The position numbers and the translations under genes were made by a program. DNA of 64,000 bases from an uncultured SAR86 cluster bacterium (GTDB taxonomy: Bacteria; Pseudomonadota; Gammaproteobacteria; Magnimaribacterales; D2472), in NCBI GenBank assembly GCA_902599315.1, contig CACKEY010000002.1:151647-215646 (forward strand). The letters are read 5' to 3'. Within the stretch, counting starts at the first letter, position 1. Every line of letters starts with the position of its first letter. Positions 9,586 to 20,119 of the stretch are shown piece by piece. Below the pieces are notes generated by a model that was not told where the DNA came from, ran no database searches, and saw only the letters and a program-made list of their open reading frames with translations.

Positions 9586-10296
9586 TTAATTTAATCTAGT
9601 TAAAAGCTCCTCAGGTGAAAGATATCCTGGAAGCAACTCTCCGTTGGGTTTAATTATAGCTGGAGTCCCCGTAATACCAATCTTTTGACCTAACATATAA
9701 TGTTTTTCAACTGGATGATCTTCACATACAGATAACGCCACTTCTTTTCCTTGTTTCATTTGAGTCAGTGTTTCTTTTGGATATGAAGAACACCAAGCTG
9801 TAATAATTTTTTTGGAAGAATTAGAGTCTAATCCAGATCTTGGAAAAGCAACATAATTTATAGTAATACCGAGATTATTATAATCTGTAATCTCGTTATG
9901 AAATTTTCTGCAATAACCGCAATCTACATCAGTAAATATTGTTACTTTATATTTTTCATTAGTAGCTTTAAAGCTAATGAAATCATCTCTGCCTAGTCCA
10001 TTATCAAGAATTTTTTTTCGTTTTAAATTAATTTCATCTTTTGTAGTGTTCTCTAGTTGATTACCATTAATTGCATATAACTCTCCATAAAAAAAGAATT
10101 CTCCATCTTTAGACACATATAAAGGCTGCAAATCACCTATGTCGACGATATATAAATTTTCAATTTGAGACTTCTTAATACTTTGAACTGACATACCTTC
10201 GGGTAGAACATTTAAAAGATTAGATACAATTTTTGATTCATCTGATTTTATTTCAAAAGAAAAAACTACCAAAAAAATAAAAAATAATAATTTCAT
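9586..10296 (-). CDS. dsbC: Disulfide isomerase DsbC
   Basis: Signal peptide, FTDVDCGYCRK, GTPA; synteny with xerD. Confidence 0.93.
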   Translation of the reverse strand: MKLLFFIFLVVFSFEIKSDESKIVSNLLNVLPEGMSVQSIKKSQIENLYIVDIGDLQPLYVSKDGEFFFYGELYAINGNQLENTTKDEINLKRKKILDNGLGRDDFISFKATNEKYKVTIFTDVDCGYCRKFHNEITDYNNLGITINYVAFPRSGLDSNSSKKIITAWCSSYPKETLTQMKQGKEVALSVCEDHPVEKHYMLGQKIGITGTPAIIKPNGELLPGYLSPEELLTRLN

Positions 10297-10302
10297 ATCA
10301 AT

Positions 10303-11205
10303 TTAACCTCGAGGATGATGCTCCTTTACCATATCGCTCAATCTTTGTTTTGCAATATGAGTATATATTTGAGTTGTAGATAGATCGCTATGGCCTAATA
10401 ACATTTGAACCGATCTAAGGTCTGCTCCATTATTTAATAAATGTGTTGCAAATGCATGTCTAAGGGTATGAGGTGAAACATCTTTTGAAAGTCCTGTTTT
10501 TGAGAGGTAATGTTTTATCCTATGCCAAAATGCTTGTCTAGTTAATTTCGTGCCTTGCTGACTGATAAAAAAATCCCTCGATTTAAGAGAAAGATTATTT
10601 TTTCTTCTGAATTCTATGTAATCAGAAATCCATGATAATGCATTATCTCCAAATGGAATCATTCGTTCTTTACCACCCTTGCCCATAACTTTAATTAAAG
10701 ATCTGTTTAAATCTATATTGGTATATTGCAAATTGATGAGTTCACTAATTCTAACCCCAGTAGCATACATAAGCTCAAGCATAGCTCTGTCTCTTAATCC
10801 TATGAAATTTGAGCAATCTGGTGCATTTATAAGACTGTTAACATCACTTATTGAAAGAGACTTTGGTAAAGATTTTATATTTTTTAATCCAGAAAAATTT
10901 ATAACTGGATTATTTAGAACATATCTTTTTTTGCTTAAATAAATAAAAAAATGTTTAAGCGATGAAAGCTTCCTATTTATTGATGTGTGCGATAAATTTA
11001 GGCCATGAAGTTTTTTAAGATATAGCTTAATATCATCTTCACCTGTTTTTTTTAAAACTGAATTTCTTTGGACCAAAAGCCAACTTTTAAAGGTATAACA
11101 ATCAGAAGAGTAAGCTTTAATTGTATTTTCAGATAATCCTTTTTCGAGACGAAGGTTAGATAAAAAAGAATCTATGAGCTGATCCCTTTCTAAATCGGAT
11201 GCCAT
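10303..11205 (-). CDS. xerD: Tyrosine recombinase XerD
   Basis: YATGVRISEL, GKGGKER, HTLRHAFATH, LLGH, TQIY, HHPRG; rplS-xerD-dsbC synteny. Confidence 0.95.
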   Translation of the reverse strand: MASDLERDQLIDSFLSNLRLEKGLSENTIKAYSSDCYTFKSWLLVQRNSVLKKTGEDDIKLYLKKLHGLNLSHTSINRKLSSLKHFFIYLSKKRYVLNNPVINFSGLKNIKSLPKSLSISDVNSLINAPDCSNFIGLRDRAMLELMYATGVRISELINLQYTNIDLNRSLIKVMGKGGKERMIPFGDNALSWISDYIEFRRKNNLSLKSRDFFISQQGTKLTRQAFWHRIKHYLSKTGLSKDVSPHTLRHAFATHLLNNGADLRSVQMLLGHSDLSTTQIYTHIAKQRLSDMVKEHHPRG

Positions 11206-11209
11206 AGGA

Positions 11210-12016
11210 TTAGTCTAATCTTTCTTTGATTCTTGCAGATCTACCTGATCTTTCACGTAAATAATAGAGTTTTGCCTGCCGCACATCACCCTTTCTTTTA
11301 ACCTTAATAGAATCAATCATTGGGCTATGAAGCTGGAAAGTCCTTTCAACTCCAATACCACTAGATATTTTTCTTACAATAAATGCAGAGTTTAATCCCC
11401 TACTTTTAATGTTCATTACCACCCCTTCAAATGCTTGAAGTCTAGTTCTTTCACCTTCTTTGACTTTAACAGAGACAACAACAGTGTCTCCAGGTCTAAA
11501 TGATGGTACGTCATCTCTTAATTGATTAGATTCAAAAGCTTTGATAATTTCAGCAGGAGATTTTTCATCCACTGAAATAGGAGCAGCTTCTAACTCAGGC
11601 ACTTCATCAGATGTATCTTTGGAATCTGATAAAGATTCTGCCACAGGCTCTTCGACGGGCTCTTCAGCTGCGGGCTCTTCTGTCACTTCCTCTGCCACAG
11701 GCTCTTCGACGGGCTCTTCTGTCACTTCCTCTGCCACAGGCTCTTCTAATATTGCGTCTTGATTAAAATTAGCGTCCCAAGCCTCTAGTAATTCAGCTTT
11801 AGTTAACTTTATATCTAAATCAACACCTAATTGAGCTGCTTCAGCAACAATATCTGCTTTTTTCATTTTGGAAATCACAGATTTGGACAATTTAGTTGTT
11901 TTGGTTAAACCTAATTCGGCTGATGAACTTTCAGAATCATTATCTGATGAATCAGCTGATCTGCCCAGTAGTCTAGAAAAAAAGCCTTTTTTCTTTGTAT
12001 CTTTTGTATCGCTCAT
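11210..12016 (-). CDS. rplS: 50S ribosomal protein L19 with a ~153-aa N-terminal extension
   Basis: C-terminal ~115 aa is L19 ([37 protein letters not shown]); follows trmD. Confidence 0.95.
   Translation of the reverse strand: MSDTKDTKKKGFFSRLLGRSADSSDNDSESSSAELGLTKTTKLSKSVISKMKKADIVAEAAQLGVDLDIKLTKAELLEAWDANFNQDAILEEPVAEEVTEEPVEEPVAEEVTEEPAAEEPVEEPVAESLSDSKDTSDEVPELEAAPISVDEKSPAEIIKAFESNQLRDDVPSFRPGDTVVVSVKVKEGERTRLQAFEGVVMNIKSRGLNSAFIVRKISSGIGVERTFQLHSPMIDSIKVKRKGDVRQAKLYYLRERSGRSARIKERLD
11638..11746. repeat. Coding tandem repeats (EEPVAEEVT / EEPVE) in the L19 linker
   Basis: Recurring ctgccacaggctcttc and gggctcttctgtcacttcct blocks. Confidence 0.85.
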
Positions 12017-12036
12017 AAGTTAATGCCTGAAATGTG

Positions 12037-12768
12037 CTACAGGATAGCCTTAGATGACAATTCTTCCAAGAGTTTTTTTTGTTTTTTTGTTAATTTTATA
12101 TTCCTTAAAAGTTCGGGTCTTCTCTCAAAAGTTCTAATTAGTGATTGATTATCTCTCCATTCTTTTATTCTATTGTGATCACCAGACATTAGAACTTCTG
12201 GAACATCATAGGAATTAAAAGTTTCGGGCCTTGTAAATACTGGTCCTTTTAAAAGTCCTTGGCTAAATGAATCTTGTTCTACTGATTTTTTATTCCCTAT
12301 GACTCCTGGAATAAATCTAGAAAGAGTATCTACAAGCGTTAACGCAGCAAATTCTCCGCCGCTTAAAATATAATCTCCTACAGAAATCTCTTCATCTACG
12401 TATTGAGAAATTAATCTTTCGTCAATGCCCTCATATCTTCCACACAAAATTGTTATGTTTTTAAGTATTGATAGTTCTTTTGCTTTTTGTTGGCTTAAAA
12501 GAGTCCCTTGAGGAGATAAATTAATTACTTTTCCTAGGTTGTCTTTAGAGATCTTCTTAATGGCATCTTCTAGAGGCTCAGCCATCAAGACCATTCCCTC
12601 TCCTCCTCCATAAGGCTTATCGTCAACCTGACCATGTTTATTTATTTGATGATCTCGCAGATTAAAGATACTAATTTTAATATCTCCCCTATCTAAAGCT
12701 TGACCAAGCAAACCATATTTCAATGAATCAAAAATTTCTGGAAATAATGTAATAATATTTATATTCAT
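12037..12768 (-). CDS. trmD: tRNA (guanine-N1)-methyltransferase
   Basis: VDDKPYGGGEGM, LSPQG, CGRYEGIDER, SVGDYILSGGE. Confidence 0.98.
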   Translation of the reverse strand: MNINIITLFPEIFDSLKYGLLGQALDRGDIKISIFNLRDHQINKHGQVDDKPYGGGEGMVLMAEPLEDAIKKISKDNLGKVINLSPQGTLLSQQKAKELSILKNITILCGRYEGIDERLISQYVDEEISVGDYILSGGEFAALTLVDTLSRFIPGVIGNKKSVEQDSFSQGLLKGPVFTRPETFNSYDVPEVLMSGDHNRIKEWRDNQSLIRTFERRPELLRNIKLTKKQKKLLEELSSKAIL

Positions 12769-12771
12769 AAA

Positions 12772-13302
12772 TTAATAATCTTCTTGCCAGTCTACAAGAA
12801 TCGAATTTTCTTTTTTATTAATTGAAATAATGACTCTATTTTTAATAAATGGAATTAAAAGAGTTTTATTTTTTTTCTGAACCTTAAGAACATCGTTTGC
12901 CCCAAAATTGTCTACTCTATCAACATTTCCAAGATGTTGACCCTCAAGATTAAGAACCTGCATTTTTTCTAACTCAAACCAATATGCTTCATTTTTTTCC
13001 AATTCTGGAAGCTCGGATTTAAGAACATATATATCTTTTTGCCCAAATGATTTAATACCCTCAATGTCATCAATAGATTTCAATTTAGCAATAATATTGT
13101 TATTGCTTTTTTTAATGTACTCAAAAAATATTTCTTCCATTGTGCATGGTTGAAGTGAGAAGAATTTTTTAAATGATGTGAGGGTTTCTAATTTTTCAGC
13201 AAATGATCTTAGGAAGAATTCTCCTTTTAAACCTCTGGTCTTGCCTATCTTTGCGATAAGAACAAATAGTGATTTATCTATCGAACTATTTTTTTTCATC
13301 AT
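12772..13302 (-). CDS. rimM: Ribosome maturation factor RimM
   Basis: [28 protein letters not shown]; synteny. Confidence 0.93.
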   Translation of the reverse strand: MMKKNSSIDKSLFVLIAKIGKTRGLKGEFFLRSFAEKLETLTSFKKFFSLQPCTMEEIFFEYIKKSNNNIIAKLKSIDDIEGIKSFGQKDIYVLKSELPELEKNEAYWFELEKMQVLNLEGQHLGNVDRVDNFGANDVLKVQKKNKTLLIPFIKNRVIISINKKENSILVDWQEDY

Positions 13303-13804
13303 CTGAAGACTCTTCTTCAGATTCTTCTGTTGGAGCTTCTTCTGCAGGGGCTTCTTCAGCGGCGGCCTCTTCTGCTGGAGCTTCTTCTTCTGCAGGGGCT
13401 TCTTCAGCGGCGGCCTCTTCTGCTGGAGCTTCTTCTACTTTTGCTTCCTCAGCTTCTTTAGCTTGTGCCTCTAGCTCAGCAACTTTTTTTTCCTTAATTA
13501 GATCTTTCTTTTTTTGTCTTCTATCTTTTTTTCTTTTTAACTTTTCATGCAATTCATCTGAGGAGAGTCTTGCATCTTTAGCGAGTTCATTTACCTTGTC
13601 AGAAAGTTGGGCTCCTTGAGCGATCCAGTGATCTAATCGTTCAATATTAAATCTCATCCTTTCTTCAGATCCCTTCGCTGAAGGATTGAAAAAACCTAGA
13701 CGCTCTATAAAGGCTCCATCTCTAGGTTTTCTGGAATCAGCAACCGTTATAAAATAATAAGGGTTTTTTTTGGCTCCACTTTTTGCAAGTCTTACTATTA
13801 CCAT
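13286..13804 (-). CDS. rpsP: 30S ribosomal protein S16 with a basic then acidic C-terminal extension
   Basis: [17 protein letters not shown]...[13 protein letters not shown]...GAQLSDKV. Confidence 0.96.
   Translation of the reverse strand: MVIVRLAKSGAKKNPYYFITVADSRKPRDGAFIERLGFFNPSAKGSEERMRFNIERLDHWIAQGAQLSDKVNELAKDARLSSDELHEKLKRKKDRRQKKKDLIKEKKVAELEAQAKEAEEAKVEEAPAEEAAAEEAPAEEEAPAEEAAAEEAPAEEAPTEESEEESSDDEKK
13331..13436. repeat. ~45-48 bp coding tandem repeat ([10 protein letters not shown]) in the S16 tail
   Basis: tctgcaggggcttcttcagcggcggcctcttctgctggagcttct occurs twice in tandem. Confidence 0.9.
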
Positions 13805-13905
13805 AAAAATTAATTATTGTATCTTTAGAAAAGTTTGTATTTTAGGTTAAGCTTGAAGAATTTGATAGTGTTAATATATAAAGATTACAAAAAAAGAATT
13901 TACTA

Positions 13906-14469
13906 GTGTTATTCCCTTTTACTACATTAACAGCGCTTATTGGATATTTTATATCCAGAGCTACTCTAAAATCTTCTAAACAGGTCTACATAGGTTTATT
14001 TTTGGCCTTAGTATTAATTCTCACTCTTATGATCTATGAAGAAGGCGTATCTTTGCGTGCAACACATCTATCTGCAACAAGCTTCAGTATTGTGATATTA
14101 ATTGTTACATTTTTTGAAACAACTCTTTTAGAAAGACACATAACAATGATAAAAAAAGGAGAAATTGGCTCAAATTCTAAATCTGTTGAAAGAGAATATA
14201 ATGAAATATTTTTGTTGATTGGTAGCGGGCTTTTAGGCTTAATTCTATCTCTTATCTCAGGCTTTATGGTGATTGGAGAAGTTGAGATAGAATTAATCTT
14301 TAAAATTATTTTTACTTCATTTGCATTAATTGTTTATATGCTGACATTTTTAGGAGTAAAATACGCAAACTTAAAGGTAAGATACGCGGTAAGAGGAACT
14401 ATTCTTTCTTTTGCGATGGTGCTCTTAGCTTATTTTGGTAATTCAATTATATTAATTAACTACATATAA
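13906..14469 (+). CDS. Divergent, shortened YpjD-like inner-membrane protein (cytochrome c assembly family)
   Basis: Multiple TM segments; C-terminal LLAYFG motif; sits upstream of a CNNM gene and divergent from the rpsP operon, as ypjD does. Confidence 0.65.
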   Translation: MLFPFTTLTALIGYFISRATLKSSKQVYIGLFLALVLILTLMIYEEGVSLRATHLSATSFSIVILIVTFFETTLLERHITMIKKGEIGSNSKSVEREYNEIFLLIGSGLLGLILSLISGFMVIGEVEIELIFKIIFTSFALIVYMLTFLGVKYANLKVRYAVRGTILSFAMVLLAYFGNSIILINYI

Positions 14470-14475
14470 ATCTTC

Positions 14476-15738
14476 TTGGGCACTAACTCTCTCTCTTTTT
14501 TATTAATTGTACTTATTGTACTTTTAATCTTTTCTGCCTTCTCATCAGGGTCTGAAACTGGAATGATGGCGTCTAATAAAGTTAAATTACGAAATTTGTC
14601 TAAAGGTGCAAAGGGTGCAAAAAGAGCTTTAAAATTACTTCAAAGACCAGATATTTTACTCTCATCTATATTGATCGGAAATAACTTTGCAAATATTCTT
14701 GCTTCAGCAATAGTAACGATAATAATGATAGATTATTTTGATGGGAATGTTTTAATTGGATCAATTATTTTGACATTAGTCATATTAATCTTCTCAGAAA
14801 TTACTCCAAAAACAATTGCGAGTGTTTATCCGGAAAATTTTGCTACTAAATCTTCTTGGCTTTTGAAGTTACTGGTTATTATTTTTAAGCCTTTAGTTTG
14901 GTTAACAAATATTGTTAGCTCAAGAATTCTTAGGATTTTTAATGTTGATCCTCTAGGATCAGCTTCAAATGATGATCTGAATACAGATGAATTAAGAACG
15001 CTTTTAGATGAGCATGGTGATTTAATACCTAATCAATCTCGGGAGATGCTTTCATCAATCTTAGGAATGGAGGAATTAACTGTTGAAGATATTATGACAC
15101 CTCATGCAGAGATTATTGGAATAGACGTCACAGAAAGCGTAAGCGCTGCAAAAGAAATTATTAAATCATCATATTACAGCAAGCTTCCAGTTTTCAAAGG
15201 ATCTATTGATAGCATTATCGGAGTGCTTCATCTTAAAGATTCGCATCAATTTTTAGAAGCGCTTAAAGGTGGCACTAATGTAAAAGATCTATTATTTGAA
15301 AGTACATTTATATCTCAGAGTACTACTATCTCAATGCAGCTTAATAAATTCCAACAACAAGATAATAATCTCTCTTTAGTTGTTGATGAGTATGGTGAAA
15401 TCCAAGGATTGCTAACGTTAGAGGATATCTTTACGGAAATAGTAGGAAAATTTGGTGGCGAGAAAGAAGAATTAGAGAGAGAATTTACTAAGCTTAAAGA
15501 CGGTTCAATTTTAACCGATGGAAATTCAAAAATTAGAGATTTGAATAATTACGTGAATTGGGAAATTCCAGAAGAAAGCTCCAAGACAATTAATGGCCTA
15601 ATAACTGAATATCTTGATCAAATTCCACAAGCAAATTTATGCATTGAAATAGATGCATATAGATTTGAGATTTTAGAGTTGGAGGATAATTTAATTTCTA
15701 AAATTAAAATTAAAAAGGGAGCTAAAGCTCCCTTGTAA
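14476..15738 (+). CDS. CNNM/HlyC/CorC-family transporter (YfjD-like)
   Basis: FSSGSETG, LIGNNFAN, FSEITPK, CBS pair (VVDEYG), CorC_HlyC tail. Confidence 0.92.
   Translation: MGTNSLSFLLIVLIVLLIFSAFSSGSETGMMASNKVKLRNLSKGAKGAKRALKLLQRPDILLSSILIGNNFANILASAIVTIIMIDYFDGNVLIGSIILTLVILIFSEITPKTIASVYPENFATKSSWLLKLLVIIFKPLVWLTNIVSSRILRIFNVDPLGSASNDDLNTDELRTLLDEHGDLIPNQSREMLSSILGMEELTVEDIMTPHAEIIGIDVTESVSAAKEIIKSSYYSKLPVFKGSIDSIIGVLHLKDSHQFLEALKGGTNVKDLLFESTFISQSTTISMQLNKFQQQDNNLSLVVDEYGEIQGLLTLEDIFTEIVGKFGGEKEELEREFTKLKDGSILTDGNSKIRDLNNYVNWEIPEESSKTINGLITEYLDQIPQANLCIEIDAYRFEILELEDNLISKIKIKKGAKAPL
15712..15734 (-). terminator. Intrinsic terminator for the puuD-like gene, embedded in the last codons of the CNNM gene
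   Basis: Minus strand reads GGGAGC-TTTA-GCTCCC-TTTTT. Confidence 0.7.
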
Positions 15739-15752
15739 TTTTTAATTCTGGT

Positions 15753-16388
15753 TTACAAAAGATCAGTAATTAATTTAAAAATAATCGCCAAAATAAAAGA
15801 CGAAGTAATAACTGCTCTCACACTCGCAATAGGTGGCAGCATTTTTCCCCATATTGCATTTGCTTCAATGGCAAAAATTATTATAAGTCCTAAGATAAGG
15901 CTGGTGCTGCTCCAACTATCAAATGCAATGTAAGAACCGGCAGCGTGAGCCGAATAAACCATATACATTAACATTGGTACTGAAAACAAAGTATTTGTTC
16001 TAGACGCTAAACCAGCTTTTGCTGCAGCAACTGCAACATCACCCTCTTTCATTCCGAGCACAATTTTTTGATTTCTCCATATAATGCCCCAGACATTGAG
16101 CATCATAATAGTTCCCATGGTTGCTCCGAGTAAGATTTCAGTCCCAATTCTTACGGTAATTTGATAAAAAAGTATTAGTCCTGTTAGGAAAGTAAAAAAT
16201 GCAGCCCATCTAAACCACCAAAGTGCATTTGGAGCTAATTTTTTCATAACATCTGCCTTAGCTTCAGGATCAGCGACTTTAACGTATTCTGTTTGAACGA
16301 AATTAAAATAATATAGAAGTCCAATCCATGCTATTCCAAAAAGAACATGAAATGATCTAAAAAAAGCTTGGTCAGTAAATAATTCCAT
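15753..16388 (-). CDS. PuuD / urate oxidase N-terminal-family membrane protein
   Basis: HVLFGIAWIGLLYYFNFVQ, ALWWFRWAA, GTIMMLNVWGIIW, ASRTN. Confidence 0.75.
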   Translation of the reverse strand: MELFTDQAFFRSFHVLFGIAWIGLLYYFNFVQTEYVKVADPEAKADVMKKLAPNALWWFRWAAFFTFLTGLILFYQITVRIGTEILLGATMGTIMMLNVWGIIWRNQKIVLGMKEGDVAVAAAKAGLASRTNTLFSVPMLMYMVYSAHAAGSYIAFDSWSSTSLILGLIIIFAIEANAIWGKMLPPIASVRAVITSSFILAIIFKLITDLL

Positions 16389-16447
16389 TAATACTCCTCT
16401 AAAGTGTGGTAGTTATATATTAATGCAAATTATCTGTTAAATCTAAT

Positions 16448-16476
16448 AAAAAAACGGGGATAAATCCCCGTTTTTT
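16448..16476. terminator. Bidirectional intrinsic terminator after groL
   Basis: AAAAAAA-CGGGGA-TAAA-TCCCCG-TTTTTT, about 20 nt downstream of the groL stop. Confidence 0.9.
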
Positions 16477-16495
16477 AAATGAAAATGACTCGACC

Positions 16496-18157
<1,662 letters not shown>

Positions 18158-18179
18158 CTAATAGTTAATAAATAAATGT

Positions 18180-18467
18180 TTAACTGAAAATGCCGTAAAT
18201 ATCACTTTCACTAAGAATAAGATATTCATCGCCATCAATTTTTACTTCATTGCCGCCGTATTGACCAAATATTACTAAATCGCCTACTTTGACCCCCATT
18301 GGAGAAACATCTCCATTTTCCTGTCTTTTTCCAGGACCGACCGCCACAACTTCACCTTGAGAAGGTTTTTCTGTTGCAGAGCCAGGTAGAACAATTCCCC
18401 CAGGAGTGGTTTGCTCTTCATCTGTTCTTTTAACTAAAACTTTATCGTGTAAAGGTTTCAATTTCAT
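18180..18467 (-). CDS. groS: Co-chaperonin GroES
   Basis: [22 protein letters not shown]. Confidence 0.98.
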   Translation of the reverse strand: MKLKPLHDKVLVKRTDEEQTTPGGIVLPGSATEKPSQGEVVAVGPGKRQENGDVSPMGVKVGDLVIFGQYGGNEVKIDGDEYLILSESDIYGIFS

Positions 18468-18520
18468 TGTATTTCTCCTAATTAAAATAACAATAACTCT
18501 ATAAATTAAAGTTATGGATT

Positions 18521-18547
18521 ATTTAGGGTTTAAAAATCCTAATTCAA
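18521..18547 (-). promoter_or_regulatory. Putative sigma32-type heat-shock promoter of groSL
   Basis: Minus strand TTGAA-N14-CCCTAAAT, compared with consensus CTTGAA-N13-15-CCCCATNT. Confidence 0.5.
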
Positions 18548-18894
18548 TACTTAGGATATAAATTCTTAAAAATTTTAATAATCATTAATCCCGCTATTAT
18601 CCCTACGAAATCTGCAAAAATATCTAGATATTCAAAGGATCGATATGGTAAAAACCTTTGAACTATCTCTATCAAAATTCCGTAGGCGAGGACTATAACA
18701 TAAACATGCAAATCCTTGGATAAAATTCGACTAAGCCATGTAATAAGAGTGAGATAGGTGAAACAGAGAAAATGTAATGCCTTATCTAAAAAATTAGGTG
18801 AGGATTCAAGATTAACTTCGTGTATAGAAAGAGTGGTAATTATAGTGACTGATATTAGAAGTATGATTTTAAAACTAAACTGAACGATCCGCAT
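18544..18894 (-). CDS. VanZ-like membrane protein
   Basis: DKALHF, YGILIEIVQRFLPYRSFEYLDIFAD. Confidence 0.8.
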   Translation of the reverse strand: MRIVQFSFKIILLISVTIITTLSIHEVNLESSPNFLDKALHFLCFTYLTLITWLSRILSKDLHVYVIVLAYGILIEIVQRFLPYRSFEYLDIFADFVGIIAGLMIIKIFKNLYPKY

Positions 18895-20119
18895 AAGTCT
18901 TTTTATAAAGAATTATCAGTATCAATGCTGGAACAGACATTGCTGTTGTTGAATAGAAAAAATATGTCCAGCCAGTTTGAAGTGAGGTTAATGAAATGTA
19001 ATAGTCTGCTAAAACTCCGGAAAAGCCACTAAAAAATTTTCCTGGAAGCATCATAAAAGATGTCAATAAAGCATACTGAACAGCTGTGTATTTTTTAGAA
19101 ACCAAACTTGTTAAAAATGCAATATTGACGGTTCCAACCAAGCCAGCAGCAAAACTGTCCAAACCAACTATAATTGATAACAATGATAGGTTCGAATCTG
19201 AACTAGCCACAAACGCAAAAAATAAATTTGTAATCAGCACGCTTATTCCCCCAACTAAAAGAGCGTTAAATAAGGATATTTTTTTTATTAAAAGCCCCCC
19301 AATGAAAAAACCAACAATTGATCCCAAAAGAGCAATGGTTTTTACCAGTGCTCCAATTTCTGTTTTGGAAAAACCTAAATCTAAATAAAAAGGCATTGCC
19401 ATAGGGCCCATTACAATGTCAGTCAGCCTGTATGTAGATATTATTAATAGCAGCAAAGCAGAGGCCCATAGCCCAAAACGACTAAAGAAATCTTTTATCG
19501 ATTCGACAAGAGCCACATCAAATCTCAAGATAACAATCTCATCATTATGTGGTTCATTACAAATTACGGCTCCAGCAGCTCCAATTAACATCAATAATCC
19601 CATTAACTGATAGACATATGACCAATCTAATAAATCAGCAAAAATCAAAGCCATGGATGTGGCCACAAGAATTGCAACTCTATATCCAAATTGATAACTG
19701 GCTGCTAAATTTCCTTGTTCTTTTGCATCGCCAATTTCAATTCTCAAAGCATCAATAGCAATATCTTGAATTGAACCAAAGAAGGCAGCAAGAAATGCCA
19801 CCAAAGCTAAAATTTTTAGATTTTGTAATGGGTCAATCAAACTCATACCTATGAGTGACAAAAAAATCATAAATTGAGAGAAAAGAATCCATCCTCTTCT
19901 CTTACCAAAAATTCTAAAACCAATTACCGAATATCTATCAACAAATGGTGCCCACAAAAACTTCAATGAGTATGTCAGAACCAACCAAGCAAAGAAGCCA
20001 ATTTCAGTTAATGAAATACCTACATCTCTAAGCCATGCACTCAATGTTGAAAAAACAAGCATGTATGGAAGTCCTGAGGCAAAGCCAAGCAGCAAAATTC
20101 CAAATATCTTTTTATTCAT
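18875..20119 (-). CDS. ampG: Muropeptide MFS permease AmpG
   Basis: LGFASGLP, LKFLWAP, GKRRGW, QDIAIDA; start placed at ATG 20119, which forms an ATGA overlap with the ampD stop. Confidence 0.9.
   Translation of the reverse strand: MNKKIFGILLLGFASGLPYMLVFSTLSAWLRDVGISLTEIGFFAWLVLTYSLKFLWAPFVDRYSVIGFRIFGKRRGWILFSQFMIFLSLIGMSLIDPLQNLKILALVAFLAAFFGSIQDIAIDALRIEIGDAKEQGNLAASYQFGYRVAILVATSMALIFADLLDWSYVYQLMGLLMLIGAAGAVICNEPHNDEIVILRFDVALVESIKDFFSRFGLWASALLLLIISTYRLTDIVMGPMAMPFYLDLGFSKTEIGALVKTIALLGSIVGFFIGGLLIKKISLFNALLVGGISVLITNLFFAFVASSDSNLSLLSIIVGLDSFAAGLVGTVNIAFLTSLVSKKYTAVQYALLTSFMMLPGKFFSGFSGVLADYYISLTSLQTGWTYFFYSTTAMSVPALILIILYKKTYADRSV

Noticed and set aside
10303-11205. Tyrosine recombinase as a phage or island integrase
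   Set aside because: Sequence and rplS-xerD-dsbC synteny identify housekeeping XerD; no att sites or cargo genes.
13331-13436. Direct repeats here and at 11638-11746 as a possible CRISPR array
   Set aside because: In-frame low-complexity coding repeats with no unique spacers and no cas genes.
18544-18894. VanZ as a glycopeptide-resistance locus
   Set aside because: VanZ-like proteins are widespread and no other van genes are present.
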